NCBI GenBank assembly: GCA_963726975.1
Contig: CAVSEK010000013.1
Span: forward strand, 680,773 to 744,772
Direction: 5' to 3'
DNA: 64,000 nucleotides
Source: an uncultured Actinomycetota bacterium
Lineage (GTDB): Bacteria > Actinomycetota > Actinomycetes > Mycobacteriales > SCTD01
Positions 43,501 to 54,179 of the stretch are shown here, piece after piece. A model generated the notes under the pieces. It had not been told where the DNA came from. It was given only the letters and a program-made list of their open reading frames with translations, and searched no databases. Every line of letters begins with the position of its first letter. Positions within the stretch are counted from its first letter, which is position 1. The position numbers were made by a program, and so were the translations under genes.

Positions 43501-43743
43501 TCAGGCCGGCGCGCCGGACGAGTCCTCGCCCGCGTCCGCGTCCGGGTCGGCGCCGGCGTCCTCGCGGGCAGCGGTCGCCGTGCCGGCGGGGTCGCCGTAC
43601 GTCGTGCCGGGCGACTCGTCGCCCGGGCTGAACTCGTCGGCGGTCTTGCCGGTGGCGGACAGGCCGGCGCCCTGCAGGGCGGGGTCGGGCTGCGCGTCCG
43701 TCGTCCGCTCGTCGGTGGTCTGGTCGTCCCGCGGCTCGGTCAT
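43501..43743 (-). CDS. Small acidic, probably disordered hypothetical protein
   Basis: 80-aa D/E/T/G-rich ORF filling the gap exactly, typical codon usage, GGGTAG box upstream. Confidence 0.6.
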   Translation of the reverse strand: MTEPRDDQTTDERTTDAQPDPALQGAGLSATGKTADEFSPGDESPGTTYGDPAGTATAAREDAGADPDADAGEDSSGAPA

Positions 43744-43752
43744 GTCGACCCC

Positions 43753-44799
43753 CTACCCCGCGTCGCGCACGAGCACCACCACGTCGCCGGCCTGCAGCAC
43801 CTCCGCCGAGGCGGAGGTGAAGGGGTGGGTGCGACCGTCCCGCTGGACGGCCAGCACCGACTCCTGCAGGTCGCGGCAGCTCATCCCGACCTCCTCGTCG
43901 CGCACGTGGCGGGTCGCCAGCTCCAGCCCGGTGCCCGGCTCGAGCAGGTCGGCGAGGACCTTGCCCGTCTCGGGCGAGGACGCGGCGACGCCGAGCAACC
44001 GCCCGGCGGCCTCGCTGCTCACGACGACCTGGTCCGCACCGCTGGCGCGCAGCAGCGGCGCGTTCTCCTCCTCGCGCACCGCGGCGACGAGGGTCGCGGT
44101 CCGGTTCTCGGTGCGAGCGGTCAGCGTCACGAGGACGGCGGTGTCGTCGCGCGGCACGGCGACCACGACCGTGACGGCGTCGGCGACGTGCGCCCGCTGC
44201 AGCACCTCGGTGCGCGTGCCGTCGCCCTGCACGACGGCCAGCCCGTCGCTCGTCGCGTCGGCGACGCCCGCACCGCCGGGCTCGACGACGACGACGCGGG
44301 CCGGGTCCAGGCCGGCCTCGACCAGCGCCCGGACGGCGCTGCGCCCCTTGGTGCCGTAGCCGACGACGACGGTGTGCTCGTGCAAGGAGGACCTCCAGCG
44401 GGCCTGCCGGAACTGCTCGCGGGTGCGCTTCGTGAGGACCTCGAGGGTGGTGCCCACGAGGACGATGAGGAAGAGCACCCGCAGGGGTGTGACGACGAGG
44501 ACGTTGACCAGCCGGGCGGTGTCGCTGACCGGGACGACGTCGCCGTAGCCGGTCGTGGACAGGCTGACGGTGGAGTAGTAGACCGCGTCGAGCAGGTCGA
44601 CGGTGCCGTCGTCGGTGCTGTCGCGGTAGCCGTCCCGGCCGAGCCAGACGACCAGGGTGACCAGGGCGAGCAGCCCGAGCGCGAACAGCAGGCGCCGGAG
44701 GGCGTCGCGCACCGGGCTGCGCGGCTCGCGCGGCAGCCGCACGGCAGCTGTCCGCAGGACCGGGCAGCGGCCGGGCCCTGCCGCTGCGCGCCACTGCAC
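43753..44799 (-). CDS. Potassium channel protein (2-TM pore plus RCK/TrkA-N); start uncertain
   Basis: YYSTVSLSTTGYGDVVP pore motif; VVVGYGTKG, GDGT, ASGADQVV. Confidence 0.9.
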   Translation of the reverse strand: MQWRAAAGPGRCPVLRTAAVRLPREPRSPVRDALRRLLFALGLLALVTLVVWLGRDGYRDSTDDGTVDLLDAVYYSTVSLSTTGYGDVVPVSDTARLVNVLVVTPLRVLFLIVLVGTTLEVLTKRTREQFRQARWRSSLHEHTVVVGYGTKGRSAVRALVEAGLDPARVVVVEPGGAGVADATSDGLAVVQGDGTRTEVLQRAHVADAVTVVVAVPRDDTAVLVTLTARTENRTATLVAAVREEENAPLLRASGADQVVVSSEAAGRLLGVAASSPETGKVLADLLEPGTGLELATRHVRDEEVGMSCRDLQESVLAVQRDGRTHPFTSASAEVLQAGDVVVLVRDAG

Positions 44800-44871
44800 C
44801 TCCCGCTCGTCCGCCCCGTCCGGGGCAGCCTGTCACCGACCCCTCGACCGGCGCCGCCCTAAGGTCCTGGC

Positions 44872-45942
44872 ATGACGACGCCACCGACGTCCGCGACCGC
44901 CGGGGCCGACCCGCAGGTGGTCGGGCCCCTACCTCGCGCGCGCCCTGGACGACCCGGGGTGGGCAGGAGTGCGGGGTGACGCTGATCGCCGGGGGCAAGA
45001 GCAACCTCACCTACCGGGTCGACTCCCCGGCCGGCTCGGTGGTGCTGCGCCGGCCGCCGCTCGGGCACGTGCTGCCGACCGCGCACGACATGGGCCGTGA
45101 GTACCGGGTCATGGCGGCGCTGGCGGGGCACCGCCGTGCCGTCCCGCGGATGCTGCACCAGTGCACCGACCCGGAGGTGCTCGGGCAGCCGTTCTACGTC
45201 ATGGAGCGGGTCGAGGGCCACGTCTGCCGCGACAGCCTGCCGGCGGGGTACGCCGACCGGCCCGAGCAGCGCCGCGCGATCGGCGAGGGCCTGGTGCGAG
45301 GTGCTCGCCGACCTGCACGCGGTCGACCCGGCGCGAGGTCGGGCTCGGCGAGTTCGGCCGGCCGGAGGGCTACCTGGCCCGGCAGGTGGCGCGCTGGGGC
45401 AAGCAGTGGGACGCGACCCGGATCGAGGGCCACGAGGCGCTCGACGCGCTCGCCGCGGACCTGGCCGCGAGCGTCCCGGCGAGCCGCCGGACCGGGATCG
45501 TGCACGGCGACTACCGGCTCGACAACACGATGCTCGACCCGACCGAGGTCGGCGCGGGTCGCGGCCGTCCTCGACTGGGAGATGTCGACGCTCGGCGACC
45601 CGATGGCCGACCTCGGCATCCTGCTCGTCTACTGGTCCCAGGCCGACGACGGCGGCGACCGCGACAACAGCGCGGTGATCCCGGCCGGCGACCGTGCTGC
45701 CCGGCTTCCCGACCCGCGCGGAGGTCGCCGAGCTGTACGCGGCGCGCACCGGCGCGGACCTGACGGCGCTGCCGTGGTGCGAGGCGTTCGGGTTCTTCAA
45801 GCTGGCGGTCGTCTGCGCCGGGATCGTCGCGCGGGTCCGCGGCGGGGCGATGGTCGGCTACGGCTTCGACGGCATCGAGGACCGGATCGGACCGCTCGTC
45901 GAGCTGGGCCGCGCGACCCTCGCCGACGGCACGCTGCGCTAG
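44872..45942 (+). CDS. APH-like phosphotransferase (ACAD10/11 N-terminal type), frameshifted
   Basis: GGKSNLTY, VLRRPP, AHDMGREYR, FYVMERVEG, IVHGDYRLDN, AVLDWEMSTLGDP. Confidence 0.9.
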
Positions 45943-45949
45943 CGCCGCC

Positions 45950-46313
45950 GTGCGGCCCGGCCCGGAGGACCTCGAGCTCGTCGGCGCCGCCGTGCGCGCC
46001 CTGCGCCGCGGGCGCGGCCCCGACCTGCACCCGGCCGCCGCGGCCGTGCGGACGGCCTCCGGGCGGGTGGTGCCGGGCTCGGCCTGGGCGGCGCGTGCGC
46101 CGAGCCGGTCGCGGTCGGCGCCGCGCTCGCGCTGGGCGAGCGGGTCACGGCCGCTGGCGGCCGTGCGGCACGTCGACGCCGACGCGACGCGGGTGACCGC
46201 GCCGTGCCCGGCCTGCCGCGCGCTGCTGCGGCGCGCACGCCCCGGACGTGCGGGTGGTGCACCTCGCGGACGGCCTGCGCGTGGCGGCCGTCAGCGCGCT
46301 GCCGCGCGCCTGA
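45950..46313 (+). CDS. Cytidine/blasticidin-S deaminase-like protein, frameshifted
   Basis: HPAAAAVRTASGRVV, ACAEPVAVG (shifted frame), APCPACRALL Zn ligands. Confidence 0.65.
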
Positions 46314-46656
46314 CCTGCAGGGCCCACAGCACCAGCGGCACCTGCAGCGGCAGCCGGGCGTACGCGACCAGCCGGCCCGGGCCGGAGGCGTCCAGCGCCT
46401 GCTGCACGTTGGCCGGGAACACCGCGACGAAGAGCACCGCGGTCGCCAGCGAGCCGTGCCGCCGCGTGCCGGGCGCGGCCACCGCGACCGCCAGGGCGAG
46501 CTCGGCGACACCGCTCCCCAGCGTCCACAGCCGGGGCCGCGGGAGCAGCGCCGGGACGATCGCGTCGAAGGTCCCGGGCATCACCAGGTGCAGGGCGCCG
46601 GCGCCGCCGAGCAGCGCCGCCAGCAGGTACGGGGAGGCGGTGCGCAGCCGGGTCAC
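46291..46656 (-). CDS. DoxX-like membrane protein
   Basis: GALHLVMPGTFDAIVP, SGVAEL, VAVFPANV, RLPLQVPL. Confidence 0.8.
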   Translation of the reverse strand: MTRLRTASPYLLAALLGGAGALHLVMPGTFDAIVPALLPRPRLWTLGSGVAELALAVAVAAPGTRRHGSLATAVLFVAVFPANVQQALDASGPGRLVAYARLPLQVPLVLWALQVRRAAAR

Positions 46657-46680
46657 CCCGCAGTCTGGACCGCGGGGCGG

Positions 46681-47690
46681 TCAGGCCGCGCGGCGGTCCG
46701 CCAGCGCCGCGCGGACCGCCGCGACGACGTCGTCGACGCGCGAGGTCGGCGATGCAGGCGGGCCCGGCAGCCGACAGCGGGCAGGAGCCCGGACCACCAG
46801 CACTCCTGCTCGGTGATCGCCGTCGGCCGCCGCACCTGGCAGCCGGGCAGGCCCTGCAGCGCGACGTGCCCCTGCTCGGGCCGCTGCCCGTAGCGGGCCG
46901 CGAGCGTCGGTCCGAACAGCCCGACCGTGCGCGCACCCGAGGCCGCGGCCAGCCGGACCGGCCCGGTGTCGCCGCCGACGACCACGCCACCGCGCTCCCC
47001 CACCGCCGCGGCCAGCCCGGCGAGCCCGCGCAGCGCCTGCCGGGGCAGCAGCCGCGCGCCGGTCCGGACGGCCGGGGCCGGGTCGGGCCCGGGCACGGTG
47101 ACGACGTCGAGGTCGCCGAGCCGGCGCACCAGCTCGCGCCAGCCCGACCAGCGCTTGACCGGCATCCCGGCGTCGGGCAGCAGCAGCACCGGACGGCGCT
47201 CGTCCAGCAGCGCGTGCCCGGCGGCGACCTCGTCGTCGTCCAGCGCGACGCGCGGCGGCAGCCGCACGAGGTCGGGCCGGACCAGCCCGTCGGCGGCGAG
47301 CAGGCGCAGGAAGCGCTCGTCGACGAGCTCGTCGGCCGGCGGGCCGCGCCACAGCGCGGTCGGCCACCACGGGGACCTGCGCGCGCAGCAGGTCGGGGAT
47401 GCCGCCGTACGTCGTGGTGGTGACCGCCAGGTCGTACGCGCGCTCCTGCAGCAGGCCGGCGACGAACGCGGCCGGCGCCCCGTCGGCGTGGTCCGGGGTG
47501 GTGCGCACCCGCGCGACGAGCGGGTCGCGGGCGAGCAGGACCCCGCCGGGGTCGAACGTCGCGACGTGCACGCGGGCGCCGCGGGTGCGTGAGGGCGAGC
47601 GCGTGCACCGCCGGCAGGGCGAGCAGCAGGTCGCCGAAGCCGCCGAGCAGCTCGACGACGAGCACCTCGCGCGGGCCGCTCGCGACGCCC
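46681..47690 (-). CDS. GT9 (heptosyltransferase-like) glycosyltransferase, frameshifted; possibly fused to the upstream GT4
   Basis: VELLGGFGDLLLALPAVHAL, PDAGMPVKRW, VVGGDTGPVRLAAA, VGLFGPT. Confidence 0.8.
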
Positions 47691-48799
47691 TCCGCGCCGA
47701 CGCCTCGCGCGTAGACGTCGGCGTGCGCGGCGGCGATCTCGTCCCAGGAGTGCGCGTCGGCCAGCAGCCGCCGGCCACCGGTCGGCGCCCGGCCGCGCAG
47801 GGCCAGGTCGAGGTGGTGCGCGAGCACCTCGGACTCGCGCACCGGCCCGAGCAGGGCGGCCCGCTCGAGCGCCGGCTCGGTGCGTGGTCCGCGGGTCCCG
47901 ACGAGCGGCAGGTCGTGGTCGAGGACCGCGAGCAGCGACCCGCTCTTGGTCGTCAGGCCGGCGGTGAAGGGCAGCGCGGCGACGTCGGCCGCCTGCAGCA
48001 GCGCCGACACCTCGTCGGCGCGGCACCCAGCCGGTGACCGTCACGGCGTCGTCGAGACCGAGCGCGAGCACGTCGGCGCGCACCTCGGCCTCGAAGTCGA
48101 CCGCCTCCGGCCCCGGGCAGCGCCAGCGAGGCGAAGCCCGCCGGCGACGACCAGGCGCAGGTCGGGGTGCGCGCCGGCCCGCAGCGCCGCGACGGCGCGC
48201 AGCAGCCAGCGCACGCCCTTGACCGGGTGCACGAACCCGAAGAACACGACCACCGGGGCGCGCTCGGGCAGGCCGTACGCCGGGCGCGGGTCGCGGCCCG
48301 GTCGGCGGGCACGCGCTCGACGTTCGGGCCCGATCGGCACCACCCGCGGCCGTCACGCCGGTGCGCTCGCCGCACGGCCTCGGCGTGCGCCGGGGTGGTG
48401 GCGAGCACGGCCCGGCGGCGCCGACCGTGAGCCGGCCGGCCTCGCGGTCCCACAGCCCGGCCCGCTCCAGCGCCCGCCACAGCGGCGCCCGGCACCGCCG
48501 CGGGCCAGGACCACCAGCCGTACTCGTGCAGCGTCGTCACCAGCGGGGGCGCGCACCAGCGCGGGCAGCAGCCCGACGGCCGGCGAGAAGCCGTACGCCG
48601 ACGGGCGCGAACTGCACGTGCACGACGTCGGGGTCGAGCCGCGCGAGCTCGTCGCGCGGCGGCACCGACCCGACCGCCCGCCTCGACCACCTGCGGCGTC
48701 GACGCCGTGCGCCGGCAGGTGCGCGGCCAGCCGGCGGACGTAGTCGGCGACGCCGTCGCGCTCGGGCGCGTCCCGCCCCACGACCAGCGCTGCCCTCAC
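47691..48799 (-). CDS. GT4 glycosyltransferase, frameshifted
   Basis: DGVADY, VTTLHEYGWW, VFFGFVHPVKG, ADVAALPFTAG...KSGSL, HSWDEIA. Confidence 0.8.
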
Positions 48800-48990
48800 C
48801 CGACTGCGGTCCCCCGCCCGGTGCGGCTCGAACCGGGCGCCCGGCCGACATGAGCAGTCCCACACCGCGACCTCGGCAGCGCGGCGGCAGGTCCGGTCTT
48901 GACGCGGAGGCCTGCCCGCTGGTGGGGTGCGGCGCCGGCACGCGACGGTCCACCGGGACCGACCGCCCCGCCGCGGAACCCCGGAGTGCC

Positions 48991-51900
48991 ATGACACCCC
49001 TTCGGCCACGGCGGCGGGCCCTGCCCGCCCTCGCCGCCCTCCTCTCGCTCACCACGGCGGCGGGGGCGTCCGCGCTCGCCGGCGCCGGCCCGGCCGCCGC
49101 GGCGCCGGACGCGGCTCCCGCCGCCGCCCGACCCGCCGTGACCGCCTTCGGCGACGGCGACTACGTGGTCGTGCTCGCCGAGCCCCCCGCCGCCACGTAC
49201 GACGGCGGCACGGCGGGCATCGCCCGCACGCGTCCCGCCGCTGGGCAGCAGCTCGACACCCGGTCCCCGGCCGTCCAGCAGTACCGCAGCCACCTGGCCC
49301 AGCAGCAGGACGGCCTGCTGCGGGCCCAGGGCATCACCGCCACCCACCGCTACACGACGGCCGTCAACGGCTTCGCCGCCCGCCTCACCGCGCGGCAGGC
49401 CGCCCGGCTGTCGGCCGACCGCTCCGTGCTCAGCGTGCAGCCCGACAGCGTGCGCACCGCCACCACCACGGTCACGCCCGAGTTCCTCGGCCTCACCGGC
49501 CCGAAGGGCGTCTGGGCGGGGCTGGGCGGGCGCGACGACGCCGGCACCGGCGTGGTCGTCGGCGTCCTCGACACCGGCATCACGCCGGAGAGCCCGTTCT
49601 TCCGGGGCTCGCCCGTCACGAAGCGCTCCGGCAGCGCCCCCGGCGACGCCTACCGCACCTCCGACGGCGGGATCGACGTCGTCAAGGGCGACGGCGGCAC
49701 CTTCCACGGCACCTGCCAGGCCGGACCGACCTTCCCCGCCAGCACCTGCGACAGCAAGCTCGTGTCCGCCCAGTACTTCGGGAAGGCCTTCCTGGCCGCC
49801 AACCCGCTGCCCACGATCAGCCCGTACGAGACCCGCTCCCCGCGCGACGGGAACTCGCACGGCACCCACACGGCCTCGACCGCGACCGGGCAGTCGGTGG
49901 CCGACCTGACGATCCAGGGCCACAGCTTCGGGCGGGCGACCGGCATGGCGCCCGCCGCCAAGCTCTCCGTCTACAAGGTCCTGTGGGCCACCGGCACCGG
50001 CAGCGGCAGCGGCTACACGTCCGACATCGTCGAGGGCATCGACGCCGCCGTCAGCGACGGCGTCGACGTCATCAACTACTCGATCGGCGGCAGCAGCCCG
50101 GACGGCCCGGCCGACGCGGTCGAGATCGGCTTCCTCAACGCGGCCGCGTCGGGCATCTTCGTGGCCGCCTCCGCCGGCAACGACGGACCGGGCGCCTCGA
50201 CGGTCGACAAGAACGCGCCCTGGGTCACCAGCGTCGCGGCCTCGACCGTGCACGACTTCTCGGGCACCGTGCGCCTCGGCAACGGCACGCTGCTGCGCGG
50301 CGAGAGCCTGTTCTCCGAGGCCGTCCCGAGCACGCCCGCCGTGCTGTCCGAGGACGTCCCCGCGGCGGGCTCGTCCGCTGCCGACGCCGGCATCTGCCGG
50401 CTCGGCAGCCTGCGCCCGGCGGCGGTGAAGGGCAAGGTCGTCGTCTGCGACCGCGGCACGGTCGACCGGGTCGAGAAGTCGGCCGCGGTCGCCCAGGCCG
50501 GCGGCGCCGCCATGGTGCTGGCGAACGTCAGCGAGGGCGAGCTCGACGCCGACGTCCACAGCGTCCCCACGGTGCACGTGGACGTCACGGCCCGCGCGGC
50601 GATCCGGCAGTACTTCGCCGGCGCCTACCAGCCGACGATCGCCCTCCTGCCGGGAGACCAGACCGGCCTGCCCCCGGTCCCCGTGCCCGTGGTCGCCGGG
50701 TTCTCCTCCCGCGGCCCGGCCGTGGTCAACGGCGGCGACCTGCTCAAGCCCGACATCACCGCTCCGGGCGTGAACATCCTCGCCGGCATCGCGCCCGGGC
50801 CGTCCGGCGGCGCGCTGTTCGGTCCCGAGTCCGGCACCTCGATGTCCTCGCCGCACGTCGCGGGGCTGGCCGCGCTGGTGCTGCAGGCGCACCCGCGCTG
50901 GTCGCCGATGACCATCAAGTCGGCGATGATGACGACCGCGACGGACACGCGCAACGCCGACGGGACCGTGTCGCACGACCCGTTCGCGCAGGGCGCCGGC
51001 TTCGTCGCCCCCCGCTCCTTCCTGGACCCGGGGCTCGTCTACGACTCCGGCGTCCGCGACTGGATCGCCTTCCTCGAGGGCGTCGGGATCGACACCGGCA
51101 CCGGCGTGGCGCCGGTCGACCCGAGCGACTTCAACTCGCCCTCGATCGCCGTCGGCGGCCTGGCGGGCGTGCAGACCGTCACGCGCACCGTCACGGCGAT
51201 CAGCCCCGGCACCTACCGCGCGGCGATCTCGGTCCCGGGCGTCCGAGCCACCGTCTCGCCGTCGGTGCTCACCTTCGACGCCGCCGGCCAGACGAGGACG
51301 TTCACGGTCACCCTGCGACGCGGGACCGCGCCGCTCGACCAGTACGCCACGGGCAGCCTCACCTGGCGGGGTGCGGGCACCTCGGTGCGCAGCCCGGTCG
51401 CGGTGCGCCCGGTGGCGGTCGCGGCTCCCGCCCAGGTCACGGGCACGGGCAGGAGCGGCTCGGCGACCTTCGACGTCGTCCCGGGGTCGACCGGACCCCT
51501 GGACCTGACGCTGTCCGGGCTCGTCGCCGGGCAGGTCGAGCGAGGCAGCGTCACCCCGGGCGACCTCGTCCTGAGCCCGTCCGGGAACGCGTCCAACAAG
51601 GTCTACCGGCTGCAGGTGCCCCCGGGCAGCCCGCACGCCCGGTTCGACCTCGTCGCCGCCGACCCCTCGGACGACATGGACCTGTTCGTCGTCGACCCGA
51701 CCTTCAGCCGGCTCGTCGGGGTCTCCGCCAGCGGGTCGGCCAGCGAGCGGGTCGACCTCGTCGACCCGGCGCCCGGCAACTACTACGTCATCGTCAACGG
51801 GTTCGCGGCGCAGGACGGCCGCTCGGCGTCCTTCACGCTGCGCGACTTCGCCGTCCCGGACCGGTCGCTCGGCAACGCGTCGGTCAGTCCCGACCCGGTG

Positions 51901-52026
51901 CAGGGCCGCAGCGGCCAGGCGGCCCCGGTGACGGTGTCGTGGAAGGGCCTGGCCGCCGACCGGCCGTACCTGGGGGTCGTCACGTACGCCGGCTCGGACG
52001 TGCAGACCGTGGTCGCGATCGGCTGA
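48991..52026 (+). CDS. Secreted S8 subtilase (I9 propeptide, PA domain, Fn3-like and PPC-like C-terminus)
   Basis: Signal peptide; VGVLDTG, HGTHTAST, SAGNDG, KPDITAPG, SGTSMSSPHVAG. Confidence 0.95.
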   Translation: MTPLRPRRRALPALAALLSLTTAAGASALAGAGPAAAAPDAAPAAARPAVTAFGDGDYVVVLAEPPAATYDGGTAGIARTRPAAGQQLDTRSPAVQQYRSHLAQQQDGLLRAQGITATHRYTTAVNGFAARLTARQAARLSADRSVLSVQPDSVRTATTTVTPEFLGLTGPKGVWAGLGGRDDAGTGVVVGVLDTGITPESPFFRGSPVTKRSGSAPGDAYRTSDGGIDVVKGDGGTFHGTCQAGPTFPASTCDSKLVSAQYFGKAFLAANPLPTISPYETRSPRDGNSHGTHTASTATGQSVADLTIQGHSFGRATGMAPAAKLSVYKVLWATGTGSGSGYTSDIVEGIDAAVSDGVDVINYSIGGSSPDGPADAVEIGFLNAAASGIFVAASAGNDGPGASTVDKNAPWVTSVAASTVHDFSGTVRLGNGTLLRGESLFSEAVPSTPAVLSEDVPAAGSSAADAGICRLGSLRPAAVKGKVVVCDRGTVDRVEKSAAVAQAGGAAMVLANVSEGELDADVHSVPTVHVDVTARAAIRQYFAGAYQPTIALLPGDQTGLPPVPVPVVAGFSSRGPAVVNGGDLLKPDITAPGVNILAGIAPGPSGGALFGPESGTSMSSPHVAGLAALVLQAHPRWSPMTIKSAMMTTATDTRNADGTVSHDPFAQGAGFVAPRSFLDPGLVYDSGVRDWIAFLEGVGIDTGTGVAPVDPSDFNSPSIAVGGLAGVQTVTRTVTAISPGTYRAAISVPGVRATVSPSVLTFDAAGQTRTFTVTLRRGTAPLDQYATGSLTWRGAGTSVRSPVAVRPVAVAAPAQVTGTGRSGSATFDVVPGSTGPLDLTLSGLVAGQVERGSVTPGDLVLSPSGNASNKVYRLQVPPGSPHARFDLVAADPSDDMDLFVVDPTFSRLVGVSASGSASERVDLVDPAPGNYYVIVNGFAAQDGRSASFTLRDFAVPDRSLGNASVSPDPVQGRSGQAAPVTVSWKGLAADRPYLGVVTYAGSDVQTVVAIG

Positions 52027-52043
52027 CCGCCCCGCCCCCCGAC

Positions 52044-52077
52044 CCGGGCCCTCGCCGCACCTGCGGCGGGGGCCCGG
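52044..52077 (+). terminator. Hairpin after the S8 gene
   Basis: CCGGGCCCTCGCCGCA...TGCGGCGGGGGCCCGG. Confidence 0.7.
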
Positions 52078-52201
52078 TGCCGTGCGGGAGGCGGTGCGCT
52101 CGTCGACGCAGGGGACGCCGCCGCGCGGTGCCGGGTGCCGCTGGCAGGTGCCTCGACGGCCGGCCCTTGCCAGCGCTGCGGAGGGCGCAGAGGCTGTCCC
52201 C

Positions 52202-52982
52202 GTGAGCGACGTCGCCTGGGTCGAGGGCATGCCGGAGGCCTACGACCGACTGCTGGGACCCGTGAAGTTCACGCCGTACGCGCGCGAGCTGGCCCGGCGG
52301 GTGACGGGGGCAGCACCGATGGCGGTGCTGGAGGCTCGCCGCCGGCACGGGACTGCTGACCCGGGAGCTCGTGGCGGCGGGCCACACGGTCACCGCCACC
52401 GACCTCAACCCCCCGATGGTGGCCTACGGGCGGGCGCGGGTCAGGGGTGCCACCTGGTGCCAGGCGGACGCGCTGGGGCTGCCCTTCGGGGACCACCAGT
52501 TCGACGCGGTCGCGTGCGGGTTCGGCGCGATGTTCTTCCCCGACAAGCGGCGCGGGTTCGCGGAGGCGCGGCGGGTGCTGCGGCCGGGCGGCCTGCTGGC
52601 GATGACGGTGTGGGACGCCCTCGAGCGGGTGCCCTTCACCGCCTCGCTCTACGACGAGCTGGTGGCCCTGTGGCCGAACGACCCTCCTGACTTCTTCACG
52701 CGGGTCCCCTACGGCTACCACGACGAAGCGGTACTGCGCGCGGACCTGGAGGCCGGCGGCTTCGCAGAGGTCGCGGTCGAGCAGGTGCCCCTCACCAGCC
52801 GGGCCGAGGCCGCCCCCCTGACAGAGGGCTACTGCTACGGCACCCCGCTGCGCTTCGTCCTCGCCGGCCGGGGGGACCTCCCGTCCCTGACCGCCGTCCT
52901 CCAGCAGCGGTTGGTGCAGCGCTGGGGCAGCGCGGCCTTCGCTCACGAGATGTCTGCCTACGTCGTCACCTGTCGTCGTTAG
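52202..52982 (+). CDS. Class I SAM methyltransferase (UbiE-like), one frameshift
   Basis: EAYDRLLGPVKF, VLE(L)AAGTG across an indel, ATDLNPPM, FGAMFFPD, RRVLRPGG. Confidence 0.85.
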
Positions 52983-53099
52983 CGGTCCTGGAGCAGGTCC
53001 TCCGCACAGCGGGACGGCGACACCGCTGCGCCCGAGACGTCGGCCGTGTCCTGAGCGCGCAGCTCCGCGTCCCTCCCGCTGCTGCCGGAGGATGTGTCC

Positions 53100-54152
53100 A
53101 TGCACCTGCCTGTGATGCCGCCCGTGAAGCCGATGCTCGCCAAGAGCGTGCCGGAGGTGCCGGAGGGCGAGTTCGTCTACGAGCCCAAGTGGGACGGCTT
53201 CCGCTGCGTCGTCTTCCGGGACGGCGACGAGGTCGAGCTCGGCAGCCGCAACGAGCGCCCGCTGACGCGCTACTTCCCCGAGGTCGTCGCGGCGGTGAAG
53301 CAGCACCTGCCCGAGCGCTGCGTCGTGGACGGCGAGATCGTCGTCGCCGCCGGCAAGGGGCTCGACTTCGAGGCGCTGCTGCAGCGCGTGCACCCCGCCG
53401 ACTCCCGCGTGCGGATGCTCGCCGAGACGACGCCGGCGTCCTTCGTCGCCTTCGACCTGCTGGCGCTGGGCGACGACGACCTCACGGGGCGCCCCTTCGC
53501 CGAGCGCCGGGCCGCGCTGGAGCAGGCGCTGGCCGCCGCCCAGCCGCCCGTGCACCTCACGCCGGCGACCGACGACCCCGCGCTGGCGCGCGAGTGGTTC
53601 ACCCTCTTCGAGGGCGCCGGGCTCGACGGCGTGGTCGCCAAGCCGACCACCGGCACCTACCAGCAGGACAAGCGGGTCATGCTCAAGGTCAAGCACGCCC
53701 GCACCGCCGACTGCGTCGTGGCCGCGTACCGCTGGCACAAGAGCGGGCCGGTCGTCGGCTCCCTCGTGCTCGGCCTGCACGACGAGCACGGCCAGCTGCG
53801 GCACGTGGGCGTCGCGGCGAGCTTCCCCATGGCCCGGCGGCGCGATCTCGTCGACGAGCTCGCGCCGTACGTCCTCGGCGAGGACGAGGCGCACCCGTGG
53901 CGCGGTGAGGGCTCCGAGGGGCGCGCGCCCGGCGGCGAGCAGAGCCGGTGGAACCGCGGCAAGGACATGACCGCGGTGCTGCTGCGGCCCGAGCGGGTCG
54001 TCGAGGTCGCCTACGACGCGATGGAGGGCAGCCGCTTCCGGCACACCGCGCAGTTCCGCCACTGGCGGCCCGACCGCGACCCGACCTCGTGCACGTTCGC
54101 CCAGCTCGACCGCCCGGTGCGCTTCGACCTCGCCCAGGTGCTGGGCGCCTGA
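53100..54152 (+). CDS. ligC: ATP-dependent DNA ligase LigC
   Basis: PPVKPMLAK, YEPKWDGFR, VDGEIV, AFDLL, DGVVAK, KVKH, RFRHTAQFRHWRPDR. Confidence 0.93.
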   Translation: MHLPVMPPVKPMLAKSVPEVPEGEFVYEPKWDGFRCVVFRDGDEVELGSRNERPLTRYFPEVVAAVKQHLPERCVVDGEIVVAAGKGLDFEALLQRVHPADSRVRMLAETTPASFVAFDLLALGDDDLTGRPFAERRAALEQALAAAQPPVHLTPATDDPALAREWFTLFEGAGLDGVVAKPTTGTYQQDKRVMLKVKHARTADCVVAAYRWHKSGPVVGSLVLGLHDEHGQLRHVGVAASFPMARRRDLVDELAPYVLGEDEAHPWRGEGSEGRAPGGEQSRWNRGKDMTAVLLRPERVVEVAYDAMEGSRFRHTAQFRHWRPDRDPTSCTFAQLDRPVRFDLAQVLGA

Positions 54153-54179
54153 GGGTCCGCCCCGGTAGCGTCGCGGGCC

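Noticed and set aside
44872-45942. Aminoglycoside resistance kinase
   Set aside because: Motifs (GGKSNLTY, LRRPP, AHDMGRE) fit the ACAD10/11-type housekeeping phosphotransferase family
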